Assembly: GCA_951406725.2 (NCBI GenBank)
Contig: OX597830.1
Coordinates: 40,362,001-40,426,000, forward strand
Direction of reading: 5' to 3'
Source: Octopus vulgaris
Taxonomy: Eukaryota
DNA: 64,000 nucleotides
Under the pieces are notes generated by a model. It did not search any database. It was not told the origin of the DNA and saw only the letters and a list, made by a program, of their open reading frames with translations. The position numbers and the translations under genes were made by a program. Below, in pieces: positions 1 to 14,625 of the stretch (its first letter is position 1; the number at the start of each line of letters is the position of its first letter).

Positions 1-128
1 CAGATCACCAGTCCAACCAGAAAAGCTCTCTCTAGATTCTCAACTGTTAGAACTATCACTCAAGAAATGAAACATACAAAAGAGAGAAGACCTACAGAAG
101 AGATGAGACTTACAGAAGAGATGAGACA

Positions 129-915
129 TACATGGTCTGATCAATAAGTATCCGGACTGTTGTCATAGTAACAAAGCTAAAGTACACAGAGTGAAGCCAC
201 TTAGCACAGATTGACCTTGAACTATGCTTTGTATGTGCACTAAGTTTTAACATTCTAGCTCTCTTCCACTGTTTACAACTGCTTTGTAGGAAGGTCTTCC
301 AAAATTTTTCATCGTTCTTGACACAATCAAGGAGATTTTGTACAATTGAAACCCGAGTATCTTTTTGGTCAGCTGAAAGCAGTTTTGGCACAAACTTGGC
401 AGATACACGTCTCATATCCAAATCCTCAGTGATAATGGACTGAACTGAACCATAACTAATCTGCACATCTTCTGATAACTCACGGATGGTGATTCGATGA
501 TTTCCCCTCACAGCTGCATGTACATCTGTGAGGTTTTTGTCAATTCTACTGGTTGCGGGTCTCCCAGAACATTCGTCAATATTGACATTTTTTCAGCCAT
601 CTTGGAAGTGTCTGGACCACTCGTACATTTGTGTGCAGCTCATACACTCCTCTCCATACACTTTCGGCAATTCTGTGCAGGACTCTGAGCAGGTATTGCC
701 ATGACAACTTTCTCTGTCTGTCATGGTCAATGCAATGGTCACACACTACACACCTTTCTTCCAAGCACTGCTGTAAATAGCGGAAGTGAGCTAGAATGTT
801 AAAACAGTGCACATACACAGCAAATTTGAAGGTCAATCTGCCAAGTGGTTTCACTCTGCGTGCTTTAGCTTCATTACTATGGCAACAGTCTGATACTTAT
901 TAATCAGACCTCATA
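129..915 (-). mobile_element. Non-autonomous mariner-like element with long TIRs and N-terminal HTH remnant
   Basis: TA-flanked. Left end ggtctgatcaataagtatccggactgttg is the inverse of right end caacagtctgatacttattaatcagacc, and the inverted similarity extends about 150 bp. ORF 110..511 contains 'RITIRELSEDVQISYGSVQSIITEDLDMRRVSAKFVPKLL' (mariner HTH and WVPxxL linker). No DDD catalytic domain. Confidence 0.88.
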
Positions 916-994
916 CAGAAGAGATGAGACAAGGTTTCCTTAACAAACAAAACAGATGGATTAAAATGGTTTGACTAGGTAGCCATTTTAGTTT

Positions 995-1115
995 GATCAC
1001 AGATCCAAATTCTGAAGAGGGGACTGAAACCGGCTGCATTTGGAACAGCAGCCAATCAACAGCAATGGTCGATCCTATTGAATGCTTTAGAGTGATCTAA
1101 ATTGATCAAGTGCCA
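995..1115 (-). mobile_element. Tx1/L1-like LINE reverse transcriptase fragment
   Basis: Minus strand reads LINLDHSKAFNRIDHCC*LAAVPNAAGFSPLFRIWI, the DxxKAFDxVDH RT motif in an L1/Tx1-like context. Confidence 0.7.
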
Positions 1116-1178
1116 CAATAATAATGATTTCTAACATTAAATAATGACTTCGGTAATAATAAATCAAACTATTCCAAC

Positions 1179-1273
1179 CTTGGTCCTACATCTGCCACCA
1201 GATCTTCTTTGCCAACCAACATGAATAAACCTGAGCCTTTGTCATCTCCACCTGTCAGGAAAAGTGTCACCTC
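1179..1273 (-). CDS. AARSD1: AARSD1 exon, 95 bp (probably penultimate)
   Basis: ttttgaag|GAG GTG...CCA AG|gttgga encodes EVTLFLTGGDDKGSGLFMLVGKEDLVADVGP(R), matching 'ETLLFLTVGDEKGGGLFLLAG...LGPR'. The terminal exon was not found in the window. Confidence 0.93.
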
Positions 1274-1800
1274 CTTCAAAACAAAAGACAAAAATAAAAA
1301 AAATAAAAATAAAAATAGAAAACAATAAATATATAAAAAAATAAACAGGTTAACAAATGTCTTTTGAGCTCAGAAAAAACCAAAAACCAAAAACCCAAAA
1401 AAAAAAAAAGAAAGAATTAAAAGCAACAACAATAAAACAGGTACCAAAATAAAATGGAATAGAACAGCAACAACAACAATGAATCCCTTAGCACCACCTT
1501 CCCTGCCCCCCACCCCACCCCACCCCCATCACCCCACCCCACCCCCATCACCCATTTGCACAAATGCCTTTTATTGTTTGACATCTCTTTCATTTTTCAT
1601 TAGCAAAATTCCACCGATACCTTTAAAATTAAAGGGAATAAACAACAACTGCAAAATTCTATGACTTCTTTTATTCACCCCCCACCCATCCCGTCTCTCT
1701 CTCTCGTAATCACAATCATCATCGTCATCACCATCATTTTCAGCATCATCATCATCATCATAATCTCTATCAACATTGCTGTTGATATTTCTAATATTTA

Positions 1801-1860
<60 letters not shown>

Positions 1861-2794
1861 CATTATTATTATTATTATTATTTATTCACATTGTATTTGC
1901 TATTTTTATTATCACATCATCATCATCGTTATTATTATTTCTTCTACCACCAGTCCTCTTCATATTACTACTACTACTACTACTACTACCACTACTAATA
2001 CTACTACATTTTTTTTTTTGGTATTCTTCAGAATCATACTCTATTACATTGTTGTTGCTTTGTTGCCCTTGTGGTGATTAAAGAAATTATCACCATCACC
2101 ATCATCATCATCATCCTCATCATCATTATTATTATTATTTGTTGTTGTTATTCTTAACCTTCTACTCCAACAGCCATCTCCCCCACTGCCGCCACAACCA
2201 TCACCACCACCACCATCACAATAACAACAACAACAACAACAACAGCTGCAACAACAATTCCATTTTAACATTAATTGCTTTCTTTAGTTTTAAAGGAAAT
2301 GAGATTCCGTTGAAGATTGTCACATGAATGTGGATTGGCAGAATTGGTGAAAAAGGCTTGGTTCTCCAAGACAAAGACAAAAGAATTATTGCAAAAACCT
2401 GAATAGAAATCCAAATTTCTAATTCAAAATGAAAAGCCATGTTGGAATAAAGAAAGAAAGAAAGGAAAGCATAAATGAATAAAAAAAAACAAAAGAAAAA
2501 GAGAAAAACAGAAGGTGATTACTAAAGCAACACAAAATACTATTTTTATGAAGAAATTTGCAAATATGGGAATAATCATAATGGTGGAGTTGGGGGGGGG
2601 GGTAGAGGAGGGGGTGGAGTCGGTGTGTGGGAGGGTATAATGGTGTGAGGTGGGGAGTGAAGACAATGTTGATGATGATTATGATCCGCTTCAGCATCAT
2701 TATTATAGTCATCTTCACCATCATCATCATTAGCAACAGCATCATAATCATTGTCAAGATGATGGTGCTGATGAGGTGGGTGCCTTTGATAGTG

Positions 2795-2828
<34 letters not shown>

Positions 2829-4819
2829 ATCTTTTGTCATTTCCTTGTTTCAGTCATTGGACTCAGGCCATGTTGGAGCATCCCCTTGCAGGGTTTAGTC
2901 AAACAAACCAACCAAATTAGAAATTTGGATTTCTTTAAGTTTGCTACTTGTTCTGTCGGTCTCTTTTGCTGATCCACTAAGTCATCAAGTGTCACAGTGG
3001 AGGACAAACACATACACAAAGATACATACAGACACAGCTACATATATGCATACACACACATGCCCACAAACACAGCTGCATTATGTTTTGTTTGTGTTTG
3101 AGTATGTGTACATAATGGTGGAGGCTCACAGATTTCGTCACCAAACTTGGTCCCTGGGGTTGTGGATTCATAAGTTTGTGCACATATGTATTTTTTTATG
3201 TGCATCATGTGATGTCATGAATATATGCAATGCACATACATCTGCGTAATGAGGGAATCTAGAATAAGTTATGGGGGGAATGTGTCGTTTATGCATAATG
3301 CTCATATAATGCATATAATCAATATCCAGAAAAGAACTTATCCAGGTCAGAGGGGTAATGAAGTGGTGGTGGTGGTGGGGGGTATGCTTAAAATTCCCAA
3401 GAATGAATTGTTGCTTGTGCATGCAGTGGGAGAAGGTTTCCTCTTTAATGTTCAAAACATTCACTGTTGATGTTATGATATTTAGTTGATGTCATGATAT
3501 TTAGTAGAGCTTGCATTTGCTGCCCATCCTCCTGTATGTGCTAGCTTTAGCTATAATGCTCCAGTTTATATGGAGGTTGTTAACGATCCTCTCTTTAAGT
3601 GTCCATACCATATTGGATAAAGATGTATGTCGTTTTATTTTTATCTCTGGATGAAGCCAAATATTTATCCACCAATGCAGTGTTGTGCACTCGTTCTCAC
3701 TGTTCAATATTAGCATGTGTGTGTGTATGCACACACATCTAACAGGCTTCTTTCAGTTTCCATCTACCAATTCCTCTCACAGGGCTTTGGTCAGCTCAGG
3801 GTTATAAGAGAAAACATTAGCCCAAGAAGCTGTGCCGAGGACTGAACCTGAAATCACATGGTTGTGAAGAGAACTTAAGCAAACAGCCATGCTTAAGAAT
3901 TTATTTTCTATAGGATTTTTATTTTGTGTAGAAAAATTTTGGACTATGTTGTCATCTGATGAATGTTTGACTTCTGTGAAAATGAATAGAAGAGAAGGAA
4001 TATCAAGATTTATGAAATGAAGCAGCAAAATTGCAGAATTCTGCTATGAGTTTGGTTTAGTGGAACTTACCAAAAGATGTTGTTTAACCCCAGGTAAACC
4101 CTGATTGAAATGGATTTATGATTAAACACATTCCAACCATGATACCTTTCCATTATTTTTATTCTATCATATGCTATCAAGGAATACATTATCTTAAGTT
4201 GCCCCACTGCCTTATTATTATTTTTTTTGTTCTAAGATGGCGGGATAGGATTTAAGCGAAATTAGATCTGCTTCCTGCATCTGGTGAATGAGATTAAAGC
4301 CCTGATAGGATGATCTAACAGATGACTGAAGACATGTCCATACCAACGCACATAGTGGATAGCTATGAGCTGGATGTGATTAAGGAAGATCTCCAGAAGC
4401 TTGACATCACCTAGGAGTAAGCAGAGGGGCTGGCACAGGAGCATCAGTTGTGGAGAGCACTAGTGGACCTGGTCAGCTCTACGAATGATGATGCCTCTGG
4501 GACTACTAAACTTGGATAACCCCAGCCTCATCAAGCAATAACAAAAAGCAGAAGCTGTATCTGGCAGGTAAAGCAATTGCACAGAGGTTCTTCTATTACT
4601 TAAGAGAATGAAGATGGCGAGCTGGCTGAATCATTAAGACTTCAGACAAAAAACTTAGCAGCATTCCTTCCATACATTCTAAGTTCAAATGCTGCCCAGA
4701 TTGATCTGCCTTTCATCCTTTTGGGATCAAGAAACAAACTATCAGTTAAGCACTGGGGGTTCATGTAATCAACTAGTCCTCTCTCACAAAATTTCAAGCC
4801 TTGTTCCTATAACAGAAAC

Positions 4820-5285
4820 GCCTTACTTCCCTGGGCATGGACACATTGAAACTCCGACGTCTGGGAGCTGACTTGGCAGACACCCATAAAATTATCAACC
4901 ATCGTACAAACAATAACTCTGAGCACCTTTTCAAACTCCACCCATCTAACACCCATGGACATATTTACAAAGTAAGAAAACAGCACAGCTCCCATGACTT
5001 CAGGAAACATTTTTTCACGCTGAGGGTTGCTGAAGCATGGAACAAACTGCCGACATCAGTTGTTAGTTGTCGGAGCACTGCATCCTTCAAAACTTCCATG
5101 CTTCCTGAGATTCGCCAACATTACACTTGATTTTCTCCCCTCCATACACACACAAGCGTATATCTGACTCATACATTGTTCGCTTTCCAGACATTTCTAC
5201 ATTACTGCATGTACTTTATATGCACTTTCTGACAAGTTGTAGTGCACCTGAGCACTGTATACAATTAATTTCATTATTATTATTA
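4820..5285 (+). mobile_element. CR1-like LINE 3' end with (ATT)n tail
   Basis: ORF 4837..5130 '...THGHIYKVRKQHSSHDFRKHFFTLRVAEAWNKLP...VVSCRSTASFK' is a typical CR1 ORF2 C-terminus, followed by a 3' UTR and attattatt. Confidence 0.82.
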
Positions 5286-8200
5286 TATATTAAGAAGTAT
5301 TTTAGAGAAGAAGCTGATAAAGGTATATTAGTCCTGACAACAGTTATCTCCCTTAATTACATGAGAAATATATAACTGTTTCAAGGACAGACATTGCTGA
5401 AAACAGTAGGCTGAAAACAGTAAAGAACATGAAATAAGAATTGGTTAAGCAGAAACTATGGATAAGGCCATTAGTTGCATTGTTCTGTAATCCAAAGATC
5501 CGGCTATATCATATATTCTGTCATGGTGATTTGGCATGAAGATTAAGTTAAAGACATCTGAGATATACTCAACCACTTATAATTTTTTCATTTGTTTCAG
5601 TCAGACTGCAGTCACGCTGGGGCACTACTCAGAAGGGTTTAATCAAATAATCCCCCCCCCCATACTTATTTAAAGTTTGGTATTCTATCACTCTCTTTTG
5701 CTGAACAGCTAAGTTACTGAAGCATAAATAAGTTAATATCAGTTGTGAAGCAGTGTGGGGTAGGGAACATACATAAAGACATAGATGTGTGTGTGTATAT
5801 ATATATATAGTTGTTGAGACCCCCTTCAGTCACGAATAACCATGGGATTGCACCTAGAAAGTTACCCTCCCAGGCACAACTCCGGGCAAGGTTGTTTATG
5901 GCAGACCAGCAGTCGCCCATGCATATTGACCTCCCCTCTCCACGCCACCAGTGTTGTCCAAGGGAAAAGCAAAGGCTGATACAGCTTGGCACTTGTGATG
6001 TCAGAACTCATTTCTACAGCTGAGTGAACTGGAGCAATGTGAAATGAAGTGTCTTGCCCAAGAACACAATGCATTGCCTGATCCGGGAATCAAACCCACA
6101 ATCTTACCCTTTACCTTTCCCTTGGATAACATCAGTGGCATGGAGAGGGGAGGCTGGTATTCACGGGCAACTGGTGGTCTTCCATAAACAACCTTGTCTG
6201 GACTTGTGCCTCAGATGGTAACTTTCTAGGTGCAATCTCATGGTCATTCATGACTGAAGCAGGTGGGAGGGTCTTTACCAGTATTAATGATGAGCAGTTT
6301 TAGTTGATCCACTGAGCTACTGGCTCATACAAATAACTGAGTATTCTAAATATGCGTGTACCTTTAACAAAATCCTTAGGGAGCATCTATGTGAGACAGT
6401 GTATGCCAAAGTCACCCCTTTACATTACAGATACAATCCATCTGATGCCAACACGAGAGCTATGACAGTGGAATATACAATCCTGGTAGGGCCTTGAATG
6501 CTTGACAAGTCAAAGGAAAGAAGCTAGACTAACATGGTCCCCTTCTCCCCAGATGTAAAAATGGGTTTATTTGGGGCCAACACCCTTGTCCCACCATCTA
6601 GAAAAAAGCAAAGTTAGAGGAACATCGATGATAATGCAAAACCAACAAGACTAGGAATAAGAAACAGAACAGACAGCCCAGGATTGAGAAGAGTGAAGAA
6701 AAGTCATCAACAGCCCATGCTACAGCAAGAGTGAAGGAGCTTAAGTATTTAAGTGCAATCCATCTGACGGACTTTTAAACAGTTTCTTATCTATCTGCTT
6801 TCACTCAACCCAAGGCCATGATTAAAAAAAAAATACTTAAGATGCCATGCTGTGGGATTGAACCCAGGAACTTGTAAGAGAGAAACAAGCTTCTGAATCA
6901 TTTAACCTTGCAGCTTCCATGATAATGTAGTTCTAAATAAACCGTCATTCATCCTTCCCTACCCCTTCCACAAAACAATGGCTGAGAAGGCCATGGCCAG
7001 AATACCTTTGATCATAGGTTTACTCAATCATAGTTAATGACCAACCTGGGGTTAAACAAAAACAGGCACAATCACCACCACTTCCACTTCTTTCTTATAT
7101 TTCTCAGTGGAGACATAAGCCATCATATTCCAGCGCTGTGTTTCATACATAATGTATAACCTGAGTGGCCAGGGTAAGTGCTATTATTTCTAGCACAAGT
7201 TTGCAACAGTCTTATCTATCCTGCCACAGTTGCTTGTAGATAGATCTATATGAGCACATAAACTCATACAGGAATACATGCATTCATACACACATGTACG
7301 CACTCACACGGAGACAGTTATGTAAACATATAAACATAGAAATAAGTCAATAAAACAGAGAATATAACCATTGAACCATAGCTTAGATACAAACACAGAG
7401 GTTGGGGTTAACAGTCTGTGAACGCATAATATTCTAGTTATAACTCATACTAAATATGCATACATACAAGGACATATACACACACATACATATATATACA
7501 TGAATACTCAGATATGTATGAATGTTTGCATATGAATATAAGTATGTATGTAGTATATATATACATGTGTGGACACACGTATTTGTGTCCATATAAGAAG
7601 AATGATTCATACATACATAAAACATATTATACATATCTGCACATATCATCATCATCATCATCATCATTTAGCGTCCGCTTTCCATGCTAGCATGGGTTGG
7701 ACGGTTCAACTGGGGGTCTGTGAAGCCGGAAGGCCGCATCAGGCCCAGTCTGATCTGGCAGTGTTTCTACGGCTGGATGCCCTTCCTAACGCCAACCACT
7801 CCGTGAGTGTAGTGGGTGCTTTTTACATGCCACCCGCACAGGTGCCAGACGGAGCTGGCAATACAAAAATACACCGCTGTTGACGCTGAAATTCCTATGA
7901 AGGAGCCATGGATCTAGGTTAGAAACCAGCTCTTTCTCTATTAGCAAGAAATAAAACTGAACAATGATATACATACATAGTGCCTGGTGTCCCCTTATCA
8001 GACAGATAGTCACGATGGGTATACTGGGCTTCATGGGTGCACTTGGCTTGATGGGTCCTTTTTAAGCAGAGCACATCACCAGTGAAGTACAAATACGTTT
8101 GGATTTAAGAGGAATCCGATGTAGTGTGCAAAAGAGAAGACTGCACTGGTTATGGACTTGTAATGCATATGGATGAGGATAAAGAAGAGCTAATAGTTTA

Positions 8201-8291
8201 AAGTGGATGGAGTTTGTGGAAGCAGGAGACATAGAAATGGAAGTAACCATTTCAATGAAGATTATTTAAATAACTTTTCAAATCTACTTAC

Positions 8292-8346
8292 CTGGTTACT
8301 CATCTCTCGACATAAAAAATTCATGAAGTCCATATCTGCTTCCTTC
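8292..8346 (-). CDS. AARSD1: AARSD1 exon, 55 bp
   Basis: tccacag|G AAG GAA...AAC CAG|gtaagt encodes (R)KEADMDFMNFLCREMSNQ. Phase 2-0; corresponds to 'KEGDSEFMNIIANEIGSE'. Confidence 0.92.
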
Positions 8347-8671
8347 CTGTGGACAAAAGAAGGAATCTAGTGAAAGAAGCATTCAAGACAGATATTATAT
8401 TATGTACTTCTCTCTCTTTCTTACAGACACAATTTGGTTTCTTGGTTCACATCTGTTCCTTTACTGCACTTATACATGAACACCATGCTTCAATCTTTTA
8501 CATCTTGTTTAATTAATCCAATGAGGGAATCTGTACATGGTTGGTTAGGCTGCTGAATATAGCAGCTAATCTCCCTCAAATCACATCCACACATAATGAG
8601 TCAAGTGGTTAGAGTGTTGGGTTTATGAAAGAAATCAAGATTATTGTTGTGTCTTGGGAGGGTCATCGCAT

Positions 8672-9078
8672 CAAAAATAATAACACATGCATTGGTTCAA
8701 AATTACTTCTGTATTGCTAATCAGTTGGTTAGATATCTAACCAAGTAACTAATCGATCATTTGTTTAATGTTCTGGTTAAACAATCAACTAGTTGTTTGT
8801 TAGTCAAAGCATTTTCTGTACCGTTCATGATCTTTTCAGTGACTTAATGACTTCCCGGATCTTTTCAGTTTGAACCGAAAAGATCCGACTTCCCCTTTCA
8901 CTCCAAGGTCTGTTCTGAATCTCAGAGCAAAGAAAAGAACGTTGACAAACAAACAACCAATTGGTTGTTTAACCTACAAATTAAACAAACGATTGATTAG
9001 TTAATTGGTTAGATATTTAACCATAAACTAACAATAAAGAAGTGGAATTGAACCAGTGCATGTGTGATTCTTATGATT
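8672..9078. mobile_element. MITE/fold-back element with about 140-bp imperfect terminal inverted repeats
   Basis: Left acacatgcattggttcaaaattacttc...ggttagatatctaacc...ttgtttgttagtcaa mirrors right ttgacaaacaaacaa...ggttagatatttaacc...gaagtggaattgaaccagtgcatgtgt. There is also an internal hairpin, ggatcttttc...gaaaagatcc. Confidence 0.75.
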
Positions 9079-11348
9079 ATTGGTAAGGCAGCAATCTAGT
9101 AGAACCATCAGCATGCTGGGTGAAATGCTTAACAACATTTCATCAGTCTTTATATTCTGATTTTAAATTCTGCCAGAGTCAACTTTACCGTTCTTTCTTT
9201 CAGGGGTGAATAAAATATGTTGAGCCCTAAACTTCCTTCCCTAAAATTGCTGGCCTTGTACCAAAATTTGAGACCATTATTATGGTTATTGGCATAATGA
9301 TTCTCCCAAGACACAACAAAATTTGCTTCAACACACAAATCCACATCAAGAATCTTGCAAACCAAATCCAAAAAACGAAACATTATTGTTGTTGGTTTTG
9401 AAACAATAGTTAAGAAATCTAAAAGTAGTTTTCTTCCTAGATCAGTCTCAGTTAAACAGATTTATGGGCAAAGGTATTCCAGTCATGACCATCCTGTCTT
9501 TCTGTTGGTGCACACAGTATAATTACTTCATCCATCCTACTGTAAGACAGCAGAGTAAGATTTTGGCTGCTACTTCTAGGAAATCAAGGGACCACATAGA
9601 GGATCCCTCACTGGCTCTTTAGTACTACAAAGGACCAAATGCATTGCAGTATTTAGTCTCCACCCACATTTTTTCCACCATTTATTTATTCATTTATTTA
9701 TTTATATACACCCCCCACCCACCCCACCCCCGGGTGGGTCAATAAAAATTAGTACAGATCATATAATGGGAGCCCTTCTTCTTCAATTCAATTCACTGAA
9801 CTGCTGTTTCTCTCAGAGGATTTATGGCCTTGAGCCAATGTAAAGAAACCATTAATATAACGAGGACTGATGCGGTCCTTAATTTATTTTACCTCATTAA
9901 GGAAAAAAAAGGGAAATAAATACTTTCATTAAATCCCAAATCGAATTTTTCCAAATTCCCCAATTAAAAATGTATTAGAAAACTTACAATAAATATTTTA
10001 TTATTATTTCTTTCCTTCTTTCTTTTCTCTCTCTCTTTCTCTCTCACTCTCTCTCTCTCTCTCTCTATCTCCTCTTCCTTTTTTTTGTTCAGTCTTTATA
10101 CTTCTTTGTTTTAATCTTCAAATTTTTATGCAATTTCTCCATCTCCTTCCCTGCCCTCCCTATCCTAATCTAGTTAATAAGTCTTTCTTTCTTTTGGTCT
10201 TTTTTTTTCTTTCAGTCTTTTTTTCTTTCTGTTTATTTTTATTTCATTTTATTTTAAATATTCTTAAAACAACATTTATTCTGCTTTTTTGCATTTCGAA
10301 TATAAAAAAAAAAGAAGAGAAAAGAAAAGAAAAACAAAAAGTAAGAAACAAAAAAAGTGGTAAAGAGAAAATATTTGAAATAAAATACATGCCTCTTATC
10401 GTCCAAGGTCTCTTAGGTTAGAAAAAAAGAAGGCAAAGAAAAAGGAAGGAAAAAGGGCAGAAAAAATAAGGAGAGAAAAAAAACAAAAGAAAATGGAAAA
10501 AGAAAAAGAGAGGAAGAGAAAAAGAAAAGAAAAAAGGAAAGCAAGAAAAAAGAAAAAGAACAGAAGACAAATACAAAAGAATGGTAGGAAGGACATGAAG
10601 GGGAGGATGGAAAGGTGGAGAGAGGGGGAGAAAAAAGGAGGAGGAGGAAGAGAAGATTCTTTAAATTTATTGAAATGTCAAAGTGTGCTTTTTTTTTTAC
10701 CTTGTGTTCTATTGAGAGGAGGAGGAGGAGGAGAAGAAAAATCACAACATTCTTAGACCCTCTGAGACATGATGGGAAGAAAGCAAGAAAGAAGGACACA
10801 ATGGTACGTGGATTTGTGATGAGCAGAAAGTAAACTGTCTTCAGACTGGACAGACCTGGTCCTAAAGCTTACCACTGAGTGGACACTCTGACAAGAGACA
10901 CTCATGAGCTCCTGGTAGTGATTGCTAAACTGGACAATGGCTTTGGCCCTTTGGTATTCAAATTACTCCATCAAATGTGATGCTTATCTATTCACATTGT
11001 TTTGAATTATTCATGTGGGATTGTGACGATGATGATGATGATGATCATCATCATCATCATCATTTAATGTCCGCCTTCCATATTGGCATGGGTTGGATGG
11101 TTTGATAGGAGCCAGCCAAGCAGAAGCCTGCACCAGACTTCTGTAACTGTTTTGGCAGGGTTTTACAGCTGGATGCCCTTCCTGACACCAAACACCCAGC
11201 AGAGTGGACTGAGTGCTTTGAATGTGGCACAAGCAGAGGTGAGGTTGGTTACAGGGACATAAACACACCAGCATTGGTTGTCAAGTGATGATGGAGGTGG
11301 GGTTGGACAAACACACACATGAATACATACATACATACATACATACAT

Positions 11349-11397
<49 letters not shown>

Positions 11398-12067
11398 CAT
11401 GATAGGCTTTGTTCAGTTTCCATCTACCAAATCCACTCACAAGGCTTTGGATAGCCTGAGGCTATAATAGAAGACACTTGCCCAAGGTACACACAGTGGG
11501 ACTGAACCCAGGGCCATGTGGTTGGGAAGTAAGTTTCTTATCACACAACCATAATTACACACACACATATATATATATACATACACATGCACACAAAAGT
11601 TTCCACACAGCTTCTCTCTACTAAGTCCACCTACAAGGCATTGGTCAACCATGAGCTATACGAGAAGAAGTCACTTACTTAATGTGTCATGCAGTGGGAC
11701 AGAATCTGAAGCCATATGGTCACAAAGCAATGTTTGTACCACTTACTTATCTGTGTCCACATTACATTTGTTTACTTTTTGTTTTATTTTTCCATTTTAT
11801 TTAACACATTTCCTTTGTTTTATCAAACAAATGTTTATATTTATTGTATTTTTATTTTGTTTATTCTATTATATACATTTGTTTCATTTTATATATATAT
11901 TTATTTTTTATACTCATTCTATTTTGTATTAAACTTTTTCTTAAATTTAGAAATTGTATTTATTTTAAATTTCATTTTATTCATTTATTTTATTCTGTGT
12001 TTGTTTATAAACACCAACAAATTGAATTTAGTTGAATTTGTTGAACAAAAAAAAACATAATGTTAAT

Positions 12068-13540
12068 TTCTTTATTAGCCACCAGGGCCACATAAAAGAT
12101 ACAAAAGACAACAAAACAGAAAAATACAGAAAAGTTTTTGTACACACAATGAGGTAGCAAAAAACTTTAACAATAAAAAATTCAATAATTGGGGGAAGAC
12201 CCAGGGGTTACCCACAAAAGCAGGGTTACCCTAACCACTTAGACAAGAGCCCTACACATTCAGTCTTCCTCCAGTGTAAAAATGCATGCTCAGAACAGGC
12301 CGGTTCACTTGACTCATTCTCACCACTCATATCTATCATCATCATCATCATCACCCTCATTTAACGTCTGCTTTCCATGCTAGCATGGGTTGGATGATTT
12401 ACTACAAATTCTCAAGGAGACAGCAGTTTCCTCTCTGCCCTCACTTTTATTTTCAAGTAAAACTTGGAAAAGTTGATGAGGGTTTGGCTAAAGAGGAAGG
12501 TGTCTTTCTTCAACCTTTTCACTCTGGCCCACCACTCAACCTCTTCTGCTAAGTCCACCAGGCAAATAAAGACTGCTCGTCCTTTCTAGCCAAAGTAAGG
12601 TAGGTTGTGAGATGATGTTCTTGATAGTCTCAGCTAATGGCTAGAGGCATCCTACATATGACGGCAGGTGTTCAACATAACTCCATGAGTCAGCAATGCT
12701 CAGGAACTGGATGAGTGCATGCAGAACAGTCATGTTGCTCTGCACACATCTTGGGTAGGCCTGGCTGCAGGCACTTCCATGTCTATAGGGTTTATCTCGA
12801 GCTGCTAATGTTTCCTGGTGCTACTGCAAAAGCAGAGCTTTCTGGGAATGATCCATGGGCCCTGACCCAAATGTCTACTGGGACACACCAGCCAGTTGGT
12901 TTTTGTTGATGTGTTGTGTCTTCCCAAGGACGTCATTGCTCACACCTGCCACTAACCCTCTATAAAATACCAAAGTGGAACTCCTACCAACCACATTAGC
13001 CAACTGGCAGAAAATTGGCAGCATTTGACAACATGCTAAATGCTAGGTGCCTTGACTTAGACTACTCTCGATCCAAAACTGCATCTCTATCAAGATGAAC
13101 TTTGAAAAAGGCAGAGTTTGAGGAACAGCAACAACACCTGTTCTACTTCAAGAAAATGCAGGAGACATTGCAGCCTCTATCCATGTCAGCATGTCATCAT
13201 TCACAGCATGCCCAGCCTTTTGTTCAGCAATGTTGCACTTGACCAGTGGAATGTGTCCCTTCCAGAGAAAGTAGAAGAGCATACACTCCACTTTGGTTAG
13301 ACATAAACCAGGGCAAAGCAATGGTCAGGCAGTTATATATGACAAAGAGAATGTAAGCATTCACTACTTCTACCTGACCTTTCAGCAATAGCTTTCTCTA
13401 AGCCCAATTCTGGGTGAGATTGGCCATCTCATTTCTTTTCCACTTGGAGGCCACACCAAGCAATTTAACTGGGCCATCTGTCCAGCACCTCATGATGCTG
13501 TTGGACTGCATAGATCTATCCCACCTGTGGCAGATATATA
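12068..13540 (-). mobile_element. Tx1/L1-like LINE 3' fragment, decayed, with a small SINE-tail insertion at about 12335-12400
   Basis: Minus-strand remnants include 'YPRCVQSNMTVLHALIQ' (CCHC finger remnant) and 'GRAVFICLVDLAEEVEWWARVKRLKKDTFLFSQTLINFSKFYLKIKVRAERKLLS'. The 3' end has AATAAA near 12070. Confidence 0.72.
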
Positions 13541-14625
13541 AATGTTCAAATGTCTAAGAGGACATGAGTGAAATAAAAAGAAAAACTGAAATTAAAGAAA
13601 ATTTATAATGATAAAAAAAGAAAAAAAAGTGATTTTTAAGGAAAAAAATCAAGGTGCAATGTGGCTGTGTGGTAAGAAGCTTGCTTACCAACCACATGGT
13701 TCCATGTTCAGTTCTTCTACATGACACATTGAGCAAGTATCTTCTACTATAGCCTTGGGCTGACCAAATCCTTGTGAGTGGATTTTGTAGATGCAAACTT
13801 TGGTGTGTGTGTGGCTTTATGTCAGCCCAACCACTTCTTGACAATGGGTGTTTTTGTGTTTTTGTCCACATAACTTAGTGGTTCAGAAAAAGAGGCTAAT
13901 AGAATAAGTACCAAGCTTTAAGAAACAAAAATATAATAGGGTCAATTCATTTGACTAATATTCTTTAGGGTGATGCCCAAGATAGCTGCAGCCTAATGAC
14001 TGAAACAAGTAAAAGATAAAGGAAAACACAGGTGTGCAAGACAACTAGAATCATGGAAGGGAAATCATTTGGGAAAATGAGATTAAAATATTAAAATATT
14101 CTCAAATTTAATCTCTTTTCACTTTCCAATAAGCCATATATATTACAAAATCTTTAATAGAGACTCAGTTAAAGTTAGCTATTCTCGCTATTAAAATTTT
14201 GTTTGCTCTCTTGACCATTTCACTTTAAAATGAACTCCCTGATATTGATAATACTGCTTTTCCACTTATCTGTAATTTCATTACTACAAATAATTGCCCT
14301 CTTAATGGTAAGTGCTTTTCAAAAGTGTTAGTTTATTCAGCTGTAGTACAGAAAAACAATAGCATTGTTTAAAATCTTACAATAGACTAACTATAAATAA
14401 ATTTAAGATCTGCTTTTATCAATACATCCATTCCTACAAGCATTCAGAGAAGTTTATCAATGAATATTAGTTATTTTTCTTAAAAAAGAATCCTGTTTGA
14501 CTATGTTGAAAATTAGATGGAGCGTTCTAGAGTAAGTGGCATCATATAAACATGAATCGTTCTGTTTAAACTTATATTGCAGACTACATTTAAACGAGAA
14601 GATTTCTCTATTATTTTATGACTTA

